Below, piece after piece: positions 49,030 through 59,800 of a DNA stretch of 64,000 bases. The stretch covers positions 2,780,555-2,844,554 of the forward strand of contig CAXXJJ010000001.1 in the NCBI GenBank assembly GCA_963667015.2, in the 5' to 3' direction. The translations under genes and the position numbers were made by a program. The notes under the pieces were generated by a model. That model made no database searches. It was given only the letters and a program-made list of their open reading frames with translations, and had not been told where the DNA came from. Positions within the stretch are counted from its first letter, which is position 1. The number at the start of each line of letters is the position of its first letter. The DNA comes from Desulfatiglandales bacterium (GTDB lineage: Bacteria; Desulfobacterota; DSM-4660; Desulfatiglandales; HGW-15).

Positions 49030-51138
49030 ATGGCACGTCCATTAAAATGGATTTTGGGAATAGTTGGCGGATTAATTGTTCTGGTTATCGTTGCTGTTGT
49101 AATAATTGTCTCCAGTTATGATTTTAATGATCTTAAACCTTTAATCTCAAAGGCTGTTAAAGATGCAACCGGCCGGGAGCTTATTATAAACAGCGATATA
49201 GATATTAATATTGGTTTATCTCCATCGCTTGTTTTATCCGATATAACCTTTCAGAATGCCGATTGGGGTTCCCGAAAGGAAATGGTTAAGGTCGGCAGGT
49301 TTGAGGTAAAGGTTGCGCTGCTTCCGCTGATAAAGAAAAATATAGAGGTCAATCGTTTTATCCTTGTAGATCCTGATATCCTCATCGAAACAGGTAAGGA
49401 TGGTAAGGCAAATTTTGAATTTGAAACAGCAGAAAAAACTCCGGAAGTTGAAAGTAAACCTGAAACTCCAGAGACAGAGTCTATTGAACTTCCGGCACTT
49501 ACAATCAATGAACTTGAGATAGTTAACTGCACTCTGACATACAGGGACGGCAAGACCGGTAAGTCAGAGATCGTAAAGCTGAAAAGCCTTACAGCTTCTC
49601 TCCAGGGGCTGGATAATCCCTTTACCTTTAAGCTCAGCGGTTCATATAATGATTCTCCATTTGATGTTAATGGAACCCTTGGAAGCATTAATGGAATAAA
49701 TGATCCGGTTATTGAATGGCCGCTTGAGATCAACGCACAGGCATTCGACGTAAATTCAAATATCAAGGGCTCAATAAAGAATCCCGTTGAGCAGCAGGGT
49801 ATTAAGCTTGATTTTAACGTCAAAATTGATAACTGGAGTAAGCTGTCAAAGGTGGCAGGGCAGGAGATACCGGTAAAGGATGCCTTCAGTGTTTCCGGGA
49901 GTATCGCCGATAAAGCCCCTAAGGATTATCAGATAAACGGCCTGAAGATATCCCTGGGGAAAAACAGGATTGAAGGATCAATCGGGGCTAATGTCGCAGG
50001 AAAGGTCCCTTATATTGATCTCTCCCTCTCCTCCAAAGAGATTGATCTCAAGACCCTTATGCCGGAAGACAAAGCAGCTGATACGACCGCAGAAAACGCA
50101 GAGCAGGCCCCTTCTAAAGAAACTGAAAAAATGTTCCCGGATGATCCCCTTCCTCTTGATTCTTTAAAACTTGTGGACGGCCGGTTCAAGATTCGCTTTG
50201 ATAAGGTAATAATGCCAAAGATGGTCATAAATAACCTTGCAGTTGACTCCACCATGAATAAAGGCAATCTGACTGTAAAACCTTTAAAGGCCGGCATGGG
50301 AGGCGGCAGCATCAACCTTGAAATGGCACTTCTTTCCAAAGGCAATGCTGCGGACCTTACGACAGTCATTAATGTTAAAGGGCTTGAAATTGCTGATATG
50401 CTGGCAGAGGCAGGAAGCAATAATTCTATTGAGGGAAGCGTTGACGCGGATATTGATATCAAGGGCTACGGCAGTTCAGTTGCATCAATCATGGCCGGGC
50501 TGAACGGATATCTGCGTATTATAATGGGTGAAGGCAAAATAGATAACAAGATGATTGATAAATTAGGCGGAGATATGAGCAAAAATATTGTCAGACTTTT
50601 AAACCCGTCAATTGATCAGAAACAATTTACCACCTTAAGGTGCATGGTCACGAGATTTGATATACGTGACGGGATAGCCGATACAACCGCGCTTGCCATT
50701 GATACAAGCATGATGAGTATAATAGGGGATGGGAGTATCAACCTGAAGAATGAGACCCTTAATCTGTCCCTGGACCCGTCTACAAAGGGGGGTGTTGCCG
50801 GCTACAATTTAAACATTGGCGAGTTGTCACAGCCGTTTAAGCTTGGAGGTACCATGGCAAAACCTTCTCTGGTGCTGGATAAGCAGAAAACTGCCCTATC
50901 AATAGGTAAGGTGATCGGGAAAAAATTACTTAAGGACAAGGCCGGATCGCAGGAAACTGCTGTCAGTGATATAGATGTCTGTGCCGCGGCAATGGAGGCC
51001 GCTGAAACAGGAGTCAAAATGACAACTAAATCGGAAGCCGCCGCAAAGGAAGAGCCGGCCCAGATCACACCTGAAAAACTGATCGAGGATGTTGTAAAAG
51101 ATCCCAAGAAGGCCCTGAAAAGCCTGTTTGGAAGATAA
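49030..51138 (+). CDS. AsmA-family protein
   Basis: N-terminal TM, then DFNDLKPLISKAVKDATGRELII; beta-rich body; C-terminal GDGSINLKNETLNL...PFKLGGTMAKP. Confidence 0.88.
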   Translation: MARPLKWILGIVGGLIVLVIVAVVIIVSSYDFNDLKPLISKAVKDATGRELIINSDIDINIGLSPSLVLSDITFQNADWGSRKEMVKVGRFEVKVALLPLIKKNIEVNRFILVDPDILIETGKDGKANFEFETAEKTPEVESKPETPETESIELPALTINELEIVNCTLTYRDGKTGKSEIVKLKSLTASLQGLDNPFTFKLSGSYNDSPFDVNGTLGSINGINDPVIEWPLEINAQAFDVNSNIKGSIKNPVEQQGIKLDFNVKIDNWSKLSKVAGQEIPVKDAFSVSGSIADKAPKDYQINGLKISLGKNRIEGSIGANVAGKVPYIDLSLSSKEIDLKTLMPEDKAADTTAENAEQAPSKETEKMFPDDPLPLDSLKLVDGRFKIRFDKVIMPKMVINNLAVDSTMNKGNLTVKPLKAGMGGGSINLEMALLSKGNAADLTTVINVKGLEIADMLAEAGSNNSIEGSVDADIDIKGYGSSVASIMAGLNGYLRIIMGEGKIDNKMIDKLGGDMSKNIVRLLNPSIDQKQFTTLRCMVTRFDIRDGIADTTALAIDTSMMSIIGDGSINLKNETLNLSLDPSTKGGVAGYNLNIGELSQPFKLGGTMAKPSLVLDKQKTALSIGKVIGKKLLKDKAGSQETAVSDIDVCAAAMEAAETGVKMTTKSEAAAKEEPAQITPEKLIEDVVKDPKKALKSLFGR

Positions 51139-51150
51139 CCTCTATGACTT

Positions 51151-51187
51151 AACAACAACCTCGCTGCCCTGCAGCGAGGTTGTTGTT
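51151..51187. terminator. Perfect 17-bp hairpin after the asmA-like gene
   Basis: AACAACAACCTCGCTGC-CCT-GCAGCGAGGTTGTTGTT. Confidence 0.8.
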
Positions 51188-51502
51188 TATCATAAATGAC
51201 ACAACTCTGAACCTTTCTACCTCCAAACACAGACTATATAAAAATACAAATTATAGCGAATTAAGTTAAAGTAAACCGCTTATTGTTATATTTCCTTTAA
51301 TTTTATAATGAATCAACGGGCATAATATCAGGGGTTTAAATCGGATAGTGTGCCCTGAGAGTAAATTATAAAATATACTTGACGTTAAAAACATACGCAT
51401 GTAATAAATGAAAAGCTGTAAATGACGTTGGAAAAAGTCAAATGTAGTTTGAATAGATAATCAAGCTGATTCACCTCTCTGGAATTTGAAAAGGAATCTC
51501 AT

Positions 51503-53743
51503 ATGAAAACGAAAATATTCTTATTAATGTTCCTGTTCTTCATATCACTCATTTCTCCTGCCATTGCCGGGGAAGTCAAAATCAACCTGCCTGAGACGGA
51601 GATCGAAGGTACCTTCGAAGAACAGGATTTTGTTGGCCCTTTGTTTACTGAAACCAATACCGGCATAAAGGTCACGGAAAAGGGAATAAATGCCCTTGGA
51701 CCTTCTGCCGCAATGTCGCCTCACAAGGCTATCAGCCTGATGCCCTCTGTCAATCAGCAGAGCATTGATCCATCCGGGCTTGCGGATATAAGCAATTATC
51801 ATGAATCCTTCAGGTTTCGCGGGGTTGAGCCCACCGGAGGAGGTAATCCCGGCACACCTGTAAATGTAGAAAATGTACCTGTAAGCGGAAGGCCTGGCGG
51901 CGGAATTACCATCTATGATATGGAAAATTTTAAGAGTGTTTCCATATACAAGGGAGGTGTTCCCGCTGATCAGGCCTTTGGACTTACCAATATCGGCGGC
52001 AAGATTGATATGGAGATAAAAGGGCCAAAGGACATTTTCGGCGTTGATCTGAAACAGAATTTTGGAAGCGACAGCTACAGACGAACCTTTATGCGGCTTG
52101 ATACAGGCCTGCTTGGCAGCGGGACCAATGCCTTTTTATCCTTTTCCCATGCCGGGGGTGACAAGTGGAAGGGGGAAGGTGATTCATCAAGGACCAACGC
52201 CATGCTCGGCCTGGTCCAGGATATCAATGATAAATTCAGAATTTCCGCCTACACAATTTATAATAATGCCGACGTTAATACATACAGGACCTTAAACTAT
52301 TCCCAGGTATCATCCTTATCCGAATTTTATGACTTTGATTATACAACAGACAGCACTGATTATTACTATTACGGCTATAATAAAAGCGATTTTGAGGATG
52401 TCAGCGTTCTGATGGATCTGGAATACAGTTTCAGCGACAAATCCACACTGACAGTAAAGCCCTATTACTGGCAGGACAAGGGTGATTATCTTGAAACAAT
52501 TACCACCAAAAGCGGTGCAAACCGGGTGCGGAACTGGGCTATTGATCATGACATGAATGGTGTCCTGACACAGTATTCTCTTGATCTTGAAAATGCCAGT
52601 CTCAATATGGGTTACTTTTACCTGAAACAGGAGAGGCCGGGTCCTCCGACAGCCATGAAACTGTACCAGGTGACAGATACAGGCCTGCAGTTTAATAACT
52701 GGCAGATACTTTCCGCACCCACAAAACATGTTCAGAATCAGCCATTTGTTGCGGGCAAATACACCATGGGTAATCTGACCCTTGAAGGCGGTGTAAAATA
52801 TCTGGATTACACCATGCCTGAGGTCATTACCTATGTCACAACCGGTATCGGGGATGTCAGTTATAAGGCTGCACTGGCTATGGCAGATACTGTAGAAGAA
52901 AATGCCAGTGCGGATGAAAAGGATTATAACGAACTGCTGCCCAACCTGGGGGCCAGCTATATCTTGAGCGATACACTGAGCAGTTATTTGTCATATGGCC
53001 GCAATTACGGGCTGAGTGTAAAGCTTTATCCATACTTTATTTCCCAGAAACAGAGTTTTTATCAGGCGGGTATTTCCCTTCAGGACCTGTGGGATACCCA
53101 GGAGCTTGAGATCGTAGATAATTTTGATCTGGGCCTGAGATACATTACCGAAAAACTTTATGTTGTCCCGACCATTTACTATGCAGCGCATAAAAATAAA
53201 CTGGCGGTCTATTATGATAATACACTGGATATCTACTATCCGGCCACCAATGCAAAGGCCGAAGCCTATGGATTTGAACTGGAGGCGGGCGCAGTACCAA
53301 TGGATAAACTGTCTGTCTATGGTTCATTTTCCTATAACCGGTTTTACTTTTCCCAGGATTTAATGAACTCAACCGGAGGTCTTGTCCCTGTTGATGGAAA
53401 GCAGGTCCCTGATGCGCCTGAGCTCATGTTTAAGGGTATCCTTTCCTATGAGATTGGCGATTTCACCTTTTCCACAATCATGAAATACACCGGCAGCAGG
53501 TATGGAGATGTGCTTCATACACAGAAAATAAACTCATCCACAATCTTTAATCTTGAGGTGAATTACAGCAAAGAAATCAATTCATTTGGAATGAAAAAGC
53601 TGGATCTCTCCTTATCCCTGAATAATATTTTTGACAGGGAGTATATCAGCATCATCAACACAACCGACTACCAGACTCTAGGTTCAACCTATATGGCAGG
53701 GGCACCTTTTACGGCATATGTATCCTTCTCCATCTCAATATAA
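51503..53743 (+). CDS. TonB-dependent outer-membrane receptor
   Basis: Signal peptide, plug (IYKGG...NIGGKID), beta-barrel with AYGFELE, LNNIFDREY and an amphipathic terminal strand. Confidence 0.92.
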   Translation: MKTKIFLLMFLFFISLISPAIAGEVKINLPETEIEGTFEEQDFVGPLFTETNTGIKVTEKGINALGPSAAMSPHKAISLMPSVNQQSIDPSGLADISNYHESFRFRGVEPTGGGNPGTPVNVENVPVSGRPGGGITIYDMENFKSVSIYKGGVPADQAFGLTNIGGKIDMEIKGPKDIFGVDLKQNFGSDSYRRTFMRLDTGLLGSGTNAFLSFSHAGGDKWKGEGDSSRTNAMLGLVQDINDKFRISAYTIYNNADVNTYRTLNYSQVSSLSEFYDFDYTTDSTDYYYYGYNKSDFEDVSVLMDLEYSFSDKSTLTVKPYYWQDKGDYLETITTKSGANRVRNWAIDHDMNGVLTQYSLDLENASLNMGYFYLKQERPGPPTAMKLYQVTDTGLQFNNWQILSAPTKHVQNQPFVAGKYTMGNLTLEGGVKYLDYTMPEVITYVTTGIGDVSYKAALAMADTVEENASADEKDYNELLPNLGASYILSDTLSSYLSYGRNYGLSVKLYPYFISQKQSFYQAGISLQDLWDTQELEIVDNFDLGLRYITEKLYVVPTIYYAAHKNKLAVYYDNTLDIYYPATNAKAEAYGFELEAGAVPMDKLSVYGSFSYNRFYFSQDLMNSTGGLVPVDGKQVPDAPELMFKGILSYEIGDFTFSTIMKYTGSRYGDVLHTQKINSSTIFNLEVNYSKEINSFGMKKLDLSLSLNNIFDREYISIINTTDYQTLGSTYMAGAPFTAYVSFSISI

Positions 53744-54596
53744 CGATTTTCTTCCGGGCCGCAGAGGCCTGGAAAAGTTACAGGACGCACGGTATGGAAA
53801 ATTTATTTTCTGTTCCGTGCTTCTGCACCTGGTTTTATTTTTCTGTCTTATAACACTTAATCAAAAGGGAGCAGGTCATCTTCTGCCGGGAGAAAGCATA
53901 GTTGAGGTTAATCTTGTAAGCATAGGAAAGACATTACCTCCTGTGAAATTATCACCGGACATGAATTACAGCGTTAAAGAGAGCAGGGTTGTTAACCATG
54001 TCCCAACTCCTTCAGGTGTTATAAAGAAAAATGTAAAGCCGAAACCGGTTTTGAAAAAGGTTGAAGAAACACCCGTAATATCTGAAAATAAAATTGTACC
54101 TCCTGAATATATAAGTGAGCCTTCATCAGCCAATTCTTCGGAAGTTGATCATCAGCCAAATAATACATCTCCCGGTGCTACTGAAAATATTACTGCAGCA
54201 ATTTTCGAAAATACCCCTGTAAATCATGTGTCATATGAACAATATTCCATGAACACTTCAGGAGAGTATAATAGTGATCAGGTTTCAAAAGAAGATGCTG
54301 TTACCTCCCAGAGGCAGCACTATGTGGATAAGAATTTTTACTATGTAAAGGATCTCATTACACGTAACTTAATCTATCCTGTTCTTGCCAGACGAATGAA
54401 ATGGCAGGGGACTGTAGAGGTATCCTTTGTTGTCCTGCAAACAGGGGATGTTGAAAATATAAGAATTGTAACCAGTTCAGGCCACAGTGTCCTTGATAAA
54501 AATGTGGTTGCTGCCATACAGCAGGTGCAACCATTCCCGGCTCCTCCGGTACAGGCTGAATTTACAATGCCGATAAAATATACCCTGAAAAAATAA
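53718..54596 (+). CDS. tonB: Energy transducer TonB (start uncertain)
   Basis: TM SVLLH, P/K-rich linker, YPVLARRMKWQGTVEVSF..SSGHSVLD. Confidence 0.85.
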   Translation: MYPSPSQYNDFLPGRRGLEKLQDARYGKFIFCSVLLHLVLFFCLITLNQKGAGHLLPGESIVEVNLVSIGKTLPPVKLSPDMNYSVKESRVVNHVPTPSGVIKKNVKPKPVLKKVEETPVISENKIVPPEYISEPSSANSSEVDHQPNNTSPGATENITAAIFENTPVNHVSYEQYSMNTSGEYNSDQVSKEDAVTSQRQHYVDKNFYYVKDLITRNLIYPVLARRMKWQGTVEVSFVVLQTGDVENIRIVTSSGHSVLDKNVVAAIQQVQPFPAPPVQAEFTMPIKYTLKK

Positions 54597-54631
54597 TTAT
54601 TTGTATTTACTATGGAACAGGATTATTTTTT

Positions 54632-55810
54632 TTATTTAAGTCTCTGAAGTGAATCAAGTAAAAAGTCAAACCCGACTCTTTCCTGCTCAAGCCTTATATG
54701 GTTACCCCAGTGATTAAAGCGTAATTGATTATAAAGAATGCTTTCTTCTGTGCTTAATCTGTCAAGATTCCCTGTCTCGGGTTGAGCTTCAATTCCCCAT
54801 AGGGATCGATGTTTTAGCAGAATATTTTGATCCATGAGAAAGGATATTGTGTGTGGGAAAATTGCTCGCAATTGATTGAGAATGGCAAAACCATGAGTAT
54901 CAATATCTCCCCAGTAATAGATTTTGTTCTTTTTCAGCCACGAGGCTGCAGCTAGATTTTCAAAGCCGTAGCCTGCACCGAAAATAACAATGGAATCTGC
55001 GACGTTTGGGAAGGATAAAAAATTGATTTCATTTTCTGTGATAAATATTTTCGAAACTGGTAAATCAAGTCCGGCAAAGGATGTTGCTGATACAGTGATA
55101 TCCTGGTCTGAGCCAGATGGCAAAAGCTTGAGTTTTGGATCAATTGTCCGAAAGCGTACCCGTAACGGCTTATCTAGAAAACCATAGCGACGACAGAAGC
55201 CGCCGATGCCTTTCGTAGTCGTATCAATGGTCCCTTGGGGCATGACAATGTCAAGCAGTTCGGTAAGTACACCACGATTCCTTTCAATTAACTTGGTATG
55301 TACCCCGGGGATGTTAATTTGACGCAGATAGATCAATGGTCGAGGATGCTGGCTCATCCATGTAACTACTTTTAGCAGCAGGTGCCAGTCTTCGGCCAGA
55401 TTAAGGGCTCGTAAGGGCTTTTTAAAAAGCCATGGGGTAAGCCCCGGCTGTTGAATGGTCGTTTGTTCCAGTAATTCTGTAAATTGTTTGGCTTGTTTGT
55501 GTTTACCAATAAGATCGAGTGCATCTTCCAGGGTATTGATTCGGATTTCTGCAGGAATTTCATTTTGGCCGAGTATTCGATGATTTATGCTTCGCCATCG
55601 GATATGGAAATGTTTTGTGTCTAAAGTTATTTTGTTAATCCAGTCTCTAACATCCGGAAATTTTTCACTAAGCTCTCTGGAATTTGGCGCTTTAAGTTTC
55701 AGCTTCAGGGGAAACAGGCCAGACTCTTCTGAAATGGCTGAAAGCAATGATCCCTTTTCCCAGAGTTTTTGGACCTGTGATTTAAGTTCTTCCGGAGTCG
55801 TCCATTTCAT
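54632..55810 (-). CDS. jetD: Wadjet TOPRIM nuclease JetD
   Basis: ITENEINF (catalytic E), YWGDIDTHG (DxD), RLEQER; last gene of the 4-gene operon. Confidence 0.92.
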   Translation of the reverse strand: MKWTTPEELKSQVQKLWEKGSLLSAISEESGLFPLKLKLKAPNSRELSEKFPDVRDWINKITLDTKHFHIRWRSINHRILGQNEIPAEIRINTLEDALDLIGKHKQAKQFTELLEQTTIQQPGLTPWLFKKPLRALNLAEDWHLLLKVVTWMSQHPRPLIYLRQINIPGVHTKLIERNRGVLTELLDIVMPQGTIDTTTKGIGGFCRRYGFLDKPLRVRFRTIDPKLKLLPSGSDQDITVSATSFAGLDLPVSKIFITENEINFLSFPNVADSIVIFGAGYGFENLAAASWLKKNKIYYWGDIDTHGFAILNQLRAIFPHTISFLMDQNILLKHRSLWGIEAQPETGNLDRLSTEESILYNQLRFNHWGNHIRLEQERVGFDFLLDSLQRLK

Positions 55811-58800
55811 CCCACTATCCTTTGCTTTTCCGCCCTGTATTCCTCTATGGTTAGGTTTTGCAGGACAGAGGATTTTCCATCCTCATTATGGACAAAACCA
55901 ACATTGGCAACAAATGGTTCGATAATATGGATTTTCTGCAGCGGCGTGACTATTAGGAGTTGAAGGTTTAATTGATCAAAAAGTTTGAGGCCGTATTCCG
56001 TTGATTCATCCGAACCGCGCCCGAATGCCTCATCTATAACAACAAACCGGAAAGAACGCGAGCGAACTTCCCCCCATTCCAGGCCAAACTGATATGCCAG
56101 GCTGGCGGCAAGGACCGTGTAGGCCAGCTTTTCCTTCTGTCCGCCTGATTTACCACCTGAATCAGCATAATGTTCATGCTCGGTATCATCTTCACGCCAG
56201 CGTTCGCTTGCCGCAAAAACAAACCAGTTGCGGACATCAGTCACCTTGGCTGTCCAGCGTTTGTCAAGGTCGGAGTGTTCCTCCCTTCCCCGGAAGCGTT
56301 CAATGATACCTTTTACCTGAAGAAATTTTGATTCCGAATACTGGGCGTCATCGGAGCCTGTGAGGGTGCCCTCGGTACAAGTGCGCAACTCGGCCTGAAA
56401 ATCACGGATGTCTGTATCAAGCGTCGATTGTGCTTCAAGGCTGATATAACGATTGTCGTTGTAGTCGATCTGTGTGAGTGACTCGTTTATCCGTGCAATA
56501 CGTTCCTTGATAGTCTCTCTTTCACGAAAAAGTTGTGACTGGAAATTAGCTACTTCACGAATGGTATTCTCATTAAGCAGTTCCTTGAAACGCACTTCAA
56601 AACGAGGCAGATCATCAGACAGTAACTGGTCAAGCATTGACTTGAATTCATGTCCTGCTGCAATACTAATATCTACATCCCGGGTTTCAAGCTTCCATTC
56701 ATCTTTATACTCAGTCATTGCCCTTACTATTTTCTCACCAAGTCTGCCGAGTCTTCTTCCTTCATTATAGATTTTACCCTGTATCCAGTCACGCATACCC
56801 CTTTCACGATTGTCACATGATTTAATGGTAAGTGGCTGGCTGCCGATTGCCTCTTCACGCATTCCCTCAAGGCGTTCAAACTTTTTCCCCAGATCTTCTG
56901 TTATGTTTGCTAGCAATACCTGTGCCTGTTGTTGTGTCTCTTCTGCCGTGCTGATTTTCTGTTCGGTTTTTGAACGGTCATCTTTTCGTTTATCAAGCTT
57001 AAGCTCAATTTTTTTCAATTCGGTTTCAAGCGTTTCAAGTTGCGCAGTGAGGGCTTTTAGGATATCAGACGCTGTTTCAAGTTCATGCTTTTCTTTTTTC
57101 AGGGTTGCTATAGCCTCGGCTACAGGCTTCCAGTCAATATCTGAAAAATCGGAGTATTCATCCAGTTTTGAGAGTATTGAAAGGCTCTTCCTGAGTTTTT
57201 CATGATCATTCTGAAGCTTGCTGATTCGGCCCGCCAGTTCTGCCAGGTGTGTTTCCCTAAGTTTTGCTTTTTCTTCCAGTACTGATATTTTTTCTGTATT
57301 GCTCCAACCTAGAACATACCTGCTTCTATCATCAATATAATGACGGTCATCCTTTTCATGGCGTCCGCCGGGTGATTTAATTTGCCCGGTTCGGGTAATG
57401 GCGTGTGCTTCACGTTGGAATTGGCTTTGGGATGAACAGCAGGCTAGATTAAAGCGACGCGCAGTTTCATATTCAATCCATTCATAGAAAGGGGAGTCAG
57501 GTTTTATCTGAAGCTTTCGAACAAGAGAATCAGGATGAAGAGAAGGAATATCACTATTGATTCTGTCTCGTACTCTGTAATAAACCAGACGCCCACGCAG
57601 GTTTGTTTTATCTACCCATTCGGCCACTTTGCTGTAATATTGATCAGATACAAGAAGAGAAAGGCCAAAGCTCCTGAGCAGTCGTTCGATTGCACCCTCC
57701 CAGTCTCGATCATTTTCTCTTACCTGGAGTAACTCTCCGGCAAAGGGCATATCTTCTTCTCTAATTTTAAGTGCCTGGCACAATGCGCGTCGAATAGATA
57801 TCTGCTTTTCTTCAATATTGCTGCGCCGGGATTTTAAGCCAGTAATTTCGACTTTTAACTTTTCATGCTCCTCCTTGCCCTGTACAAATTCGACTTCAAT
57901 GCGTGTCCGGTCATTCTGTATCCCGGATTCCTGTTCTTCTGCAGATCTGCGCCAGGCCCTGATATTTGAACTTTGTTTAATAAAACTTTCCTGTGTGGAT
58001 GCGGGTTTCTTTCCCAGCATTCTTACAAACTCATTATATTTTTTTGCTTTGAGTTCCCGGCGTTCTAGCTCTTCATTCCTATAGCGTAACTCCGCTTCTA
58101 TTTTGTCAATCCTGTCCCCACCGTTTTCAGCAATTGATCTGCGGATTTCACGCTCCTGCAATAGCTGTTCATTCCTTATTTTTTCAAGCCCCTGTATAGC
58201 GGCATGGTGACCGGTTAATTCATTTTCAAGAGAGTTGAGATGCTTTTCCAGTAGTTTGATTTTGAGAGTGGCGAACCATGGCTGCAATGCATCACTGCAT
58301 GCTTTAAGTTCTTCGACCTCCCAGTTCAATGTTTGGTGGCGGTCACAATCCGACACAAGGGGCTTAAGCATTTCAACCTGACGTTTGGCCTTAAGGACTG
58401 CTTCATGTGCCCTGTTGAGATCTTCAAAATGCCGGATCAGGGCGGATATCCGTGGTACCACATCAAAGGCTTCAAGCATATGAATGCGAACAAAGTCGGT
58501 AAGGTTTCCAACTGATTTAAGAGAAACAGTCTGGTGAAACAGGTCGAGGGCCTGTTCATTATTAATTCCAAAACGACGCCTGAACCAGGCGCAGTATGGC
58601 GGAAAACTGTCAAAAATTGTTACATTATTTGATCTTAACTGTTTACGCAGTCGAACGATCTCCGTGCCGAATCCCGAAAAATCGGACGCTATTGAAAGAT
58701 CGCGCTCACATGCTGCGTAAAGACGGGTCGGCTGAGATATCGAATCCTTCATCCAGAAAACCTGTGCAAGTGTTACGACTTTATTGTATCCCGCGTTGTA

Positions 58801-59181
58801 AAACATGCCCAGAATTACGGAATAATTATTAACGCCCCTCAGGGCCACTGGCTTGGCGCTGTTCAGGGTTTCCTGTCGTTCGGACTTGTAATATCCCAGT
58901 ACATAGGAACGCAGGGTTCGTTCACGGGTTCCGGCACCTGCAGCCTTGTTGTATGCAATACGCTGACTTGGCACAAGTAAGGTGGTGACAGCATCAACCA
59001 GAGTTGATTTTCCAGAGCCTATATCTCCTGTAAGAAGACTGTTTTTGCCTTCCGGTTTGAGTGTCCAGACCCTGTTGTCAAAAGTTCCCCAATTATAAAT
59101 TTCAAGACGATGAAGGCGAAATCCGGCCAACTGGTCATCAGTGATAAATTCAATGCCTAACTGTTCAGCCATCTGTTTCAT
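55807..59181 (-). CDS. jetC: Wadjet SMC-like ATPase JetC
   Basis: YNWGTF, Walker A GDIGSGKST, long coiled coils, KSGGQ signature, Walker B VVIDEAF. Confidence 0.93.
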   Translation of the reverse strand: MKQMAEQLGIEFITDDQLAGFRLHRLEIYNWGTFDNRVWTLKPEGKNSLLTGDIGSGKSTLVDAVTTLLVPSQRIAYNKAAGAGTRERTLRSYVLGYYKSERQETLNSAKPVALRGVNNYSVILGMFYNAGYNKVVTLAQVFWMKDSISQPTRLYAACERDLSIASDFSGFGTEIVRLRKQLRSNNVTIFDSFPPYCAWFRRRFGINNEQALDLFHQTVSLKSVGNLTDFVRIHMLEAFDVVPRISALIRHFEDLNRAHEAVLKAKRQVEMLKPLVSDCDRHQTLNWEVEELKACSDALQPWFATLKIKLLEKHLNSLENELTGHHAAIQGLEKIRNEQLLQEREIRRSIAENGGDRIDKIEAELRYRNEELERRELKAKKYNEFVRMLGKKPASTQESFIKQSSNIRAWRRSAEEQESGIQNDRTRIEVEFVQGKEEHEKLKVEITGLKSRRSNIEEKQISIRRALCQALKIREEDMPFAGELLQVRENDRDWEGAIERLLRSFGLSLLVSDQYYSKVAEWVDKTNLRGRLVYYRVRDRINSDIPSLHPDSLVRKLQIKPDSPFYEWIEYETARRFNLACCSSQSQFQREAHAITRTGQIKSPGGRHEKDDRHYIDDRSRYVLGWSNTEKISVLEEKAKLRETHLAELAGRISKLQNDHEKLRKSLSILSKLDEYSDFSDIDWKPVAEAIATLKKEKHELETASDILKALTAQLETLETELKKIELKLDKRKDDRSKTEQKISTAEETQQQAQVLLANITEDLGKKFERLEGMREEAIGSQPLTIKSCDNRERGMRDWIQGKIYNEGRRLGRLGEKIVRAMTEYKDEWKLETRDVDISIAAGHEFKSMLDQLLSDDLPRFEVRFKELLNENTIREVANFQSQLFRERETIKERIARINESLTQIDYNDNRYISLEAQSTLDTDIRDFQAELRTCTEGTLTGSDDAQYSESKFLQVKGIIERFRGREEHSDLDKRWTAKVTDVRNWFVFAASERWREDDTEHEHYADSGGKSGGQKEKLAYTVLAASLAYQFGLEWGEVRSRSFRFVVIDEAFGRGSDESTEYGLKLFDQLNLQLLIVTPLQKIHIIEPFVANVGFVHNEDGKSSVLQNLTIEEYRAEKQRIVG

Positions 59182-59800
59182 CCTTCTTTTTTACAAGCTG
59201 CTCCCGATACTCGGACAGCCTGGCGTCAAAATCCGCCAACCATTGTGCATCGACAAAGGCCTTGATAATCCTGCGCACCTCAATCATTTGTCCCTGTCCT
59301 CTTAAACTGCGGATAAAACCCAGTTCCGATATTTTATTCAGTATAGCACCGATTTCATCGATAAGTTTTACTTCATTACTACCGGATGGAAGAAAAATGC
59401 GCACCATTTCCACGATTTCATCTTTTGAAAGGATCAGTCGTGACTCGCCTCTGCTCGCATCAAATTCTGTCAGCTTTTTTCTAAGAAGTGCAAGTACCAG
59501 GCTTACCTTGTATGAAAGCTGCCGCCTGACGATAAGCCTGGGAATGGCTGTTGTGATGTCATCATCAGTATCCTCCCTTGATCGCAGGTAGCCATATCCC
59601 TCGGCCTCATCAAGCATTAATTCGAGACCAAGTACAGTAACATAATCCCGGATACTTGCCTGTTGGTTGAGAAGAGAACTCCACAAACCAGGATTTTCAT
59701 CCCTGTATATCACACCCTTTAAAAGAGGGATAACAATAGATGATAATTCATGGTTTGAGTCCAATGAAGAGTTTAAATCAATATCTGTGTTATCCTGCAT
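59165..59800 (-). CDS. jetB: Wadjet JetB (DUF4194-like)
   Basis: LLKGVIY..LGLELMLDEAEGY..PRLIVRRQLSY; located between jetA and jetC. Confidence 0.9.
   Translation of the reverse strand: MQDNTDIDLNSSLDSNHELSSIVIPLLKGVIYRDENPGLWSSLLNQQASIRDYVTVLGLELMLDEAEGYGYLRSREDTDDDITTAIPRLIVRRQLSYKVSLVLALLRKKLTEFDASRGESRLILSKDEIVEMVRIFLPSGSNEVKLIDEIGAILNKISELGFIRSLRGQGQMIEVRRIIKAFVDAQWLADFDARLSEYREQLVKKKDETDG

Noticed and set aside
51455..51500. CACCTCTCTGGAATTTGAAAAGGAA resembling the 3' end of the Moco RNA motif
   Set aside because: The 5' elements of the motif were not recognisable; an Infernal search would be needed.
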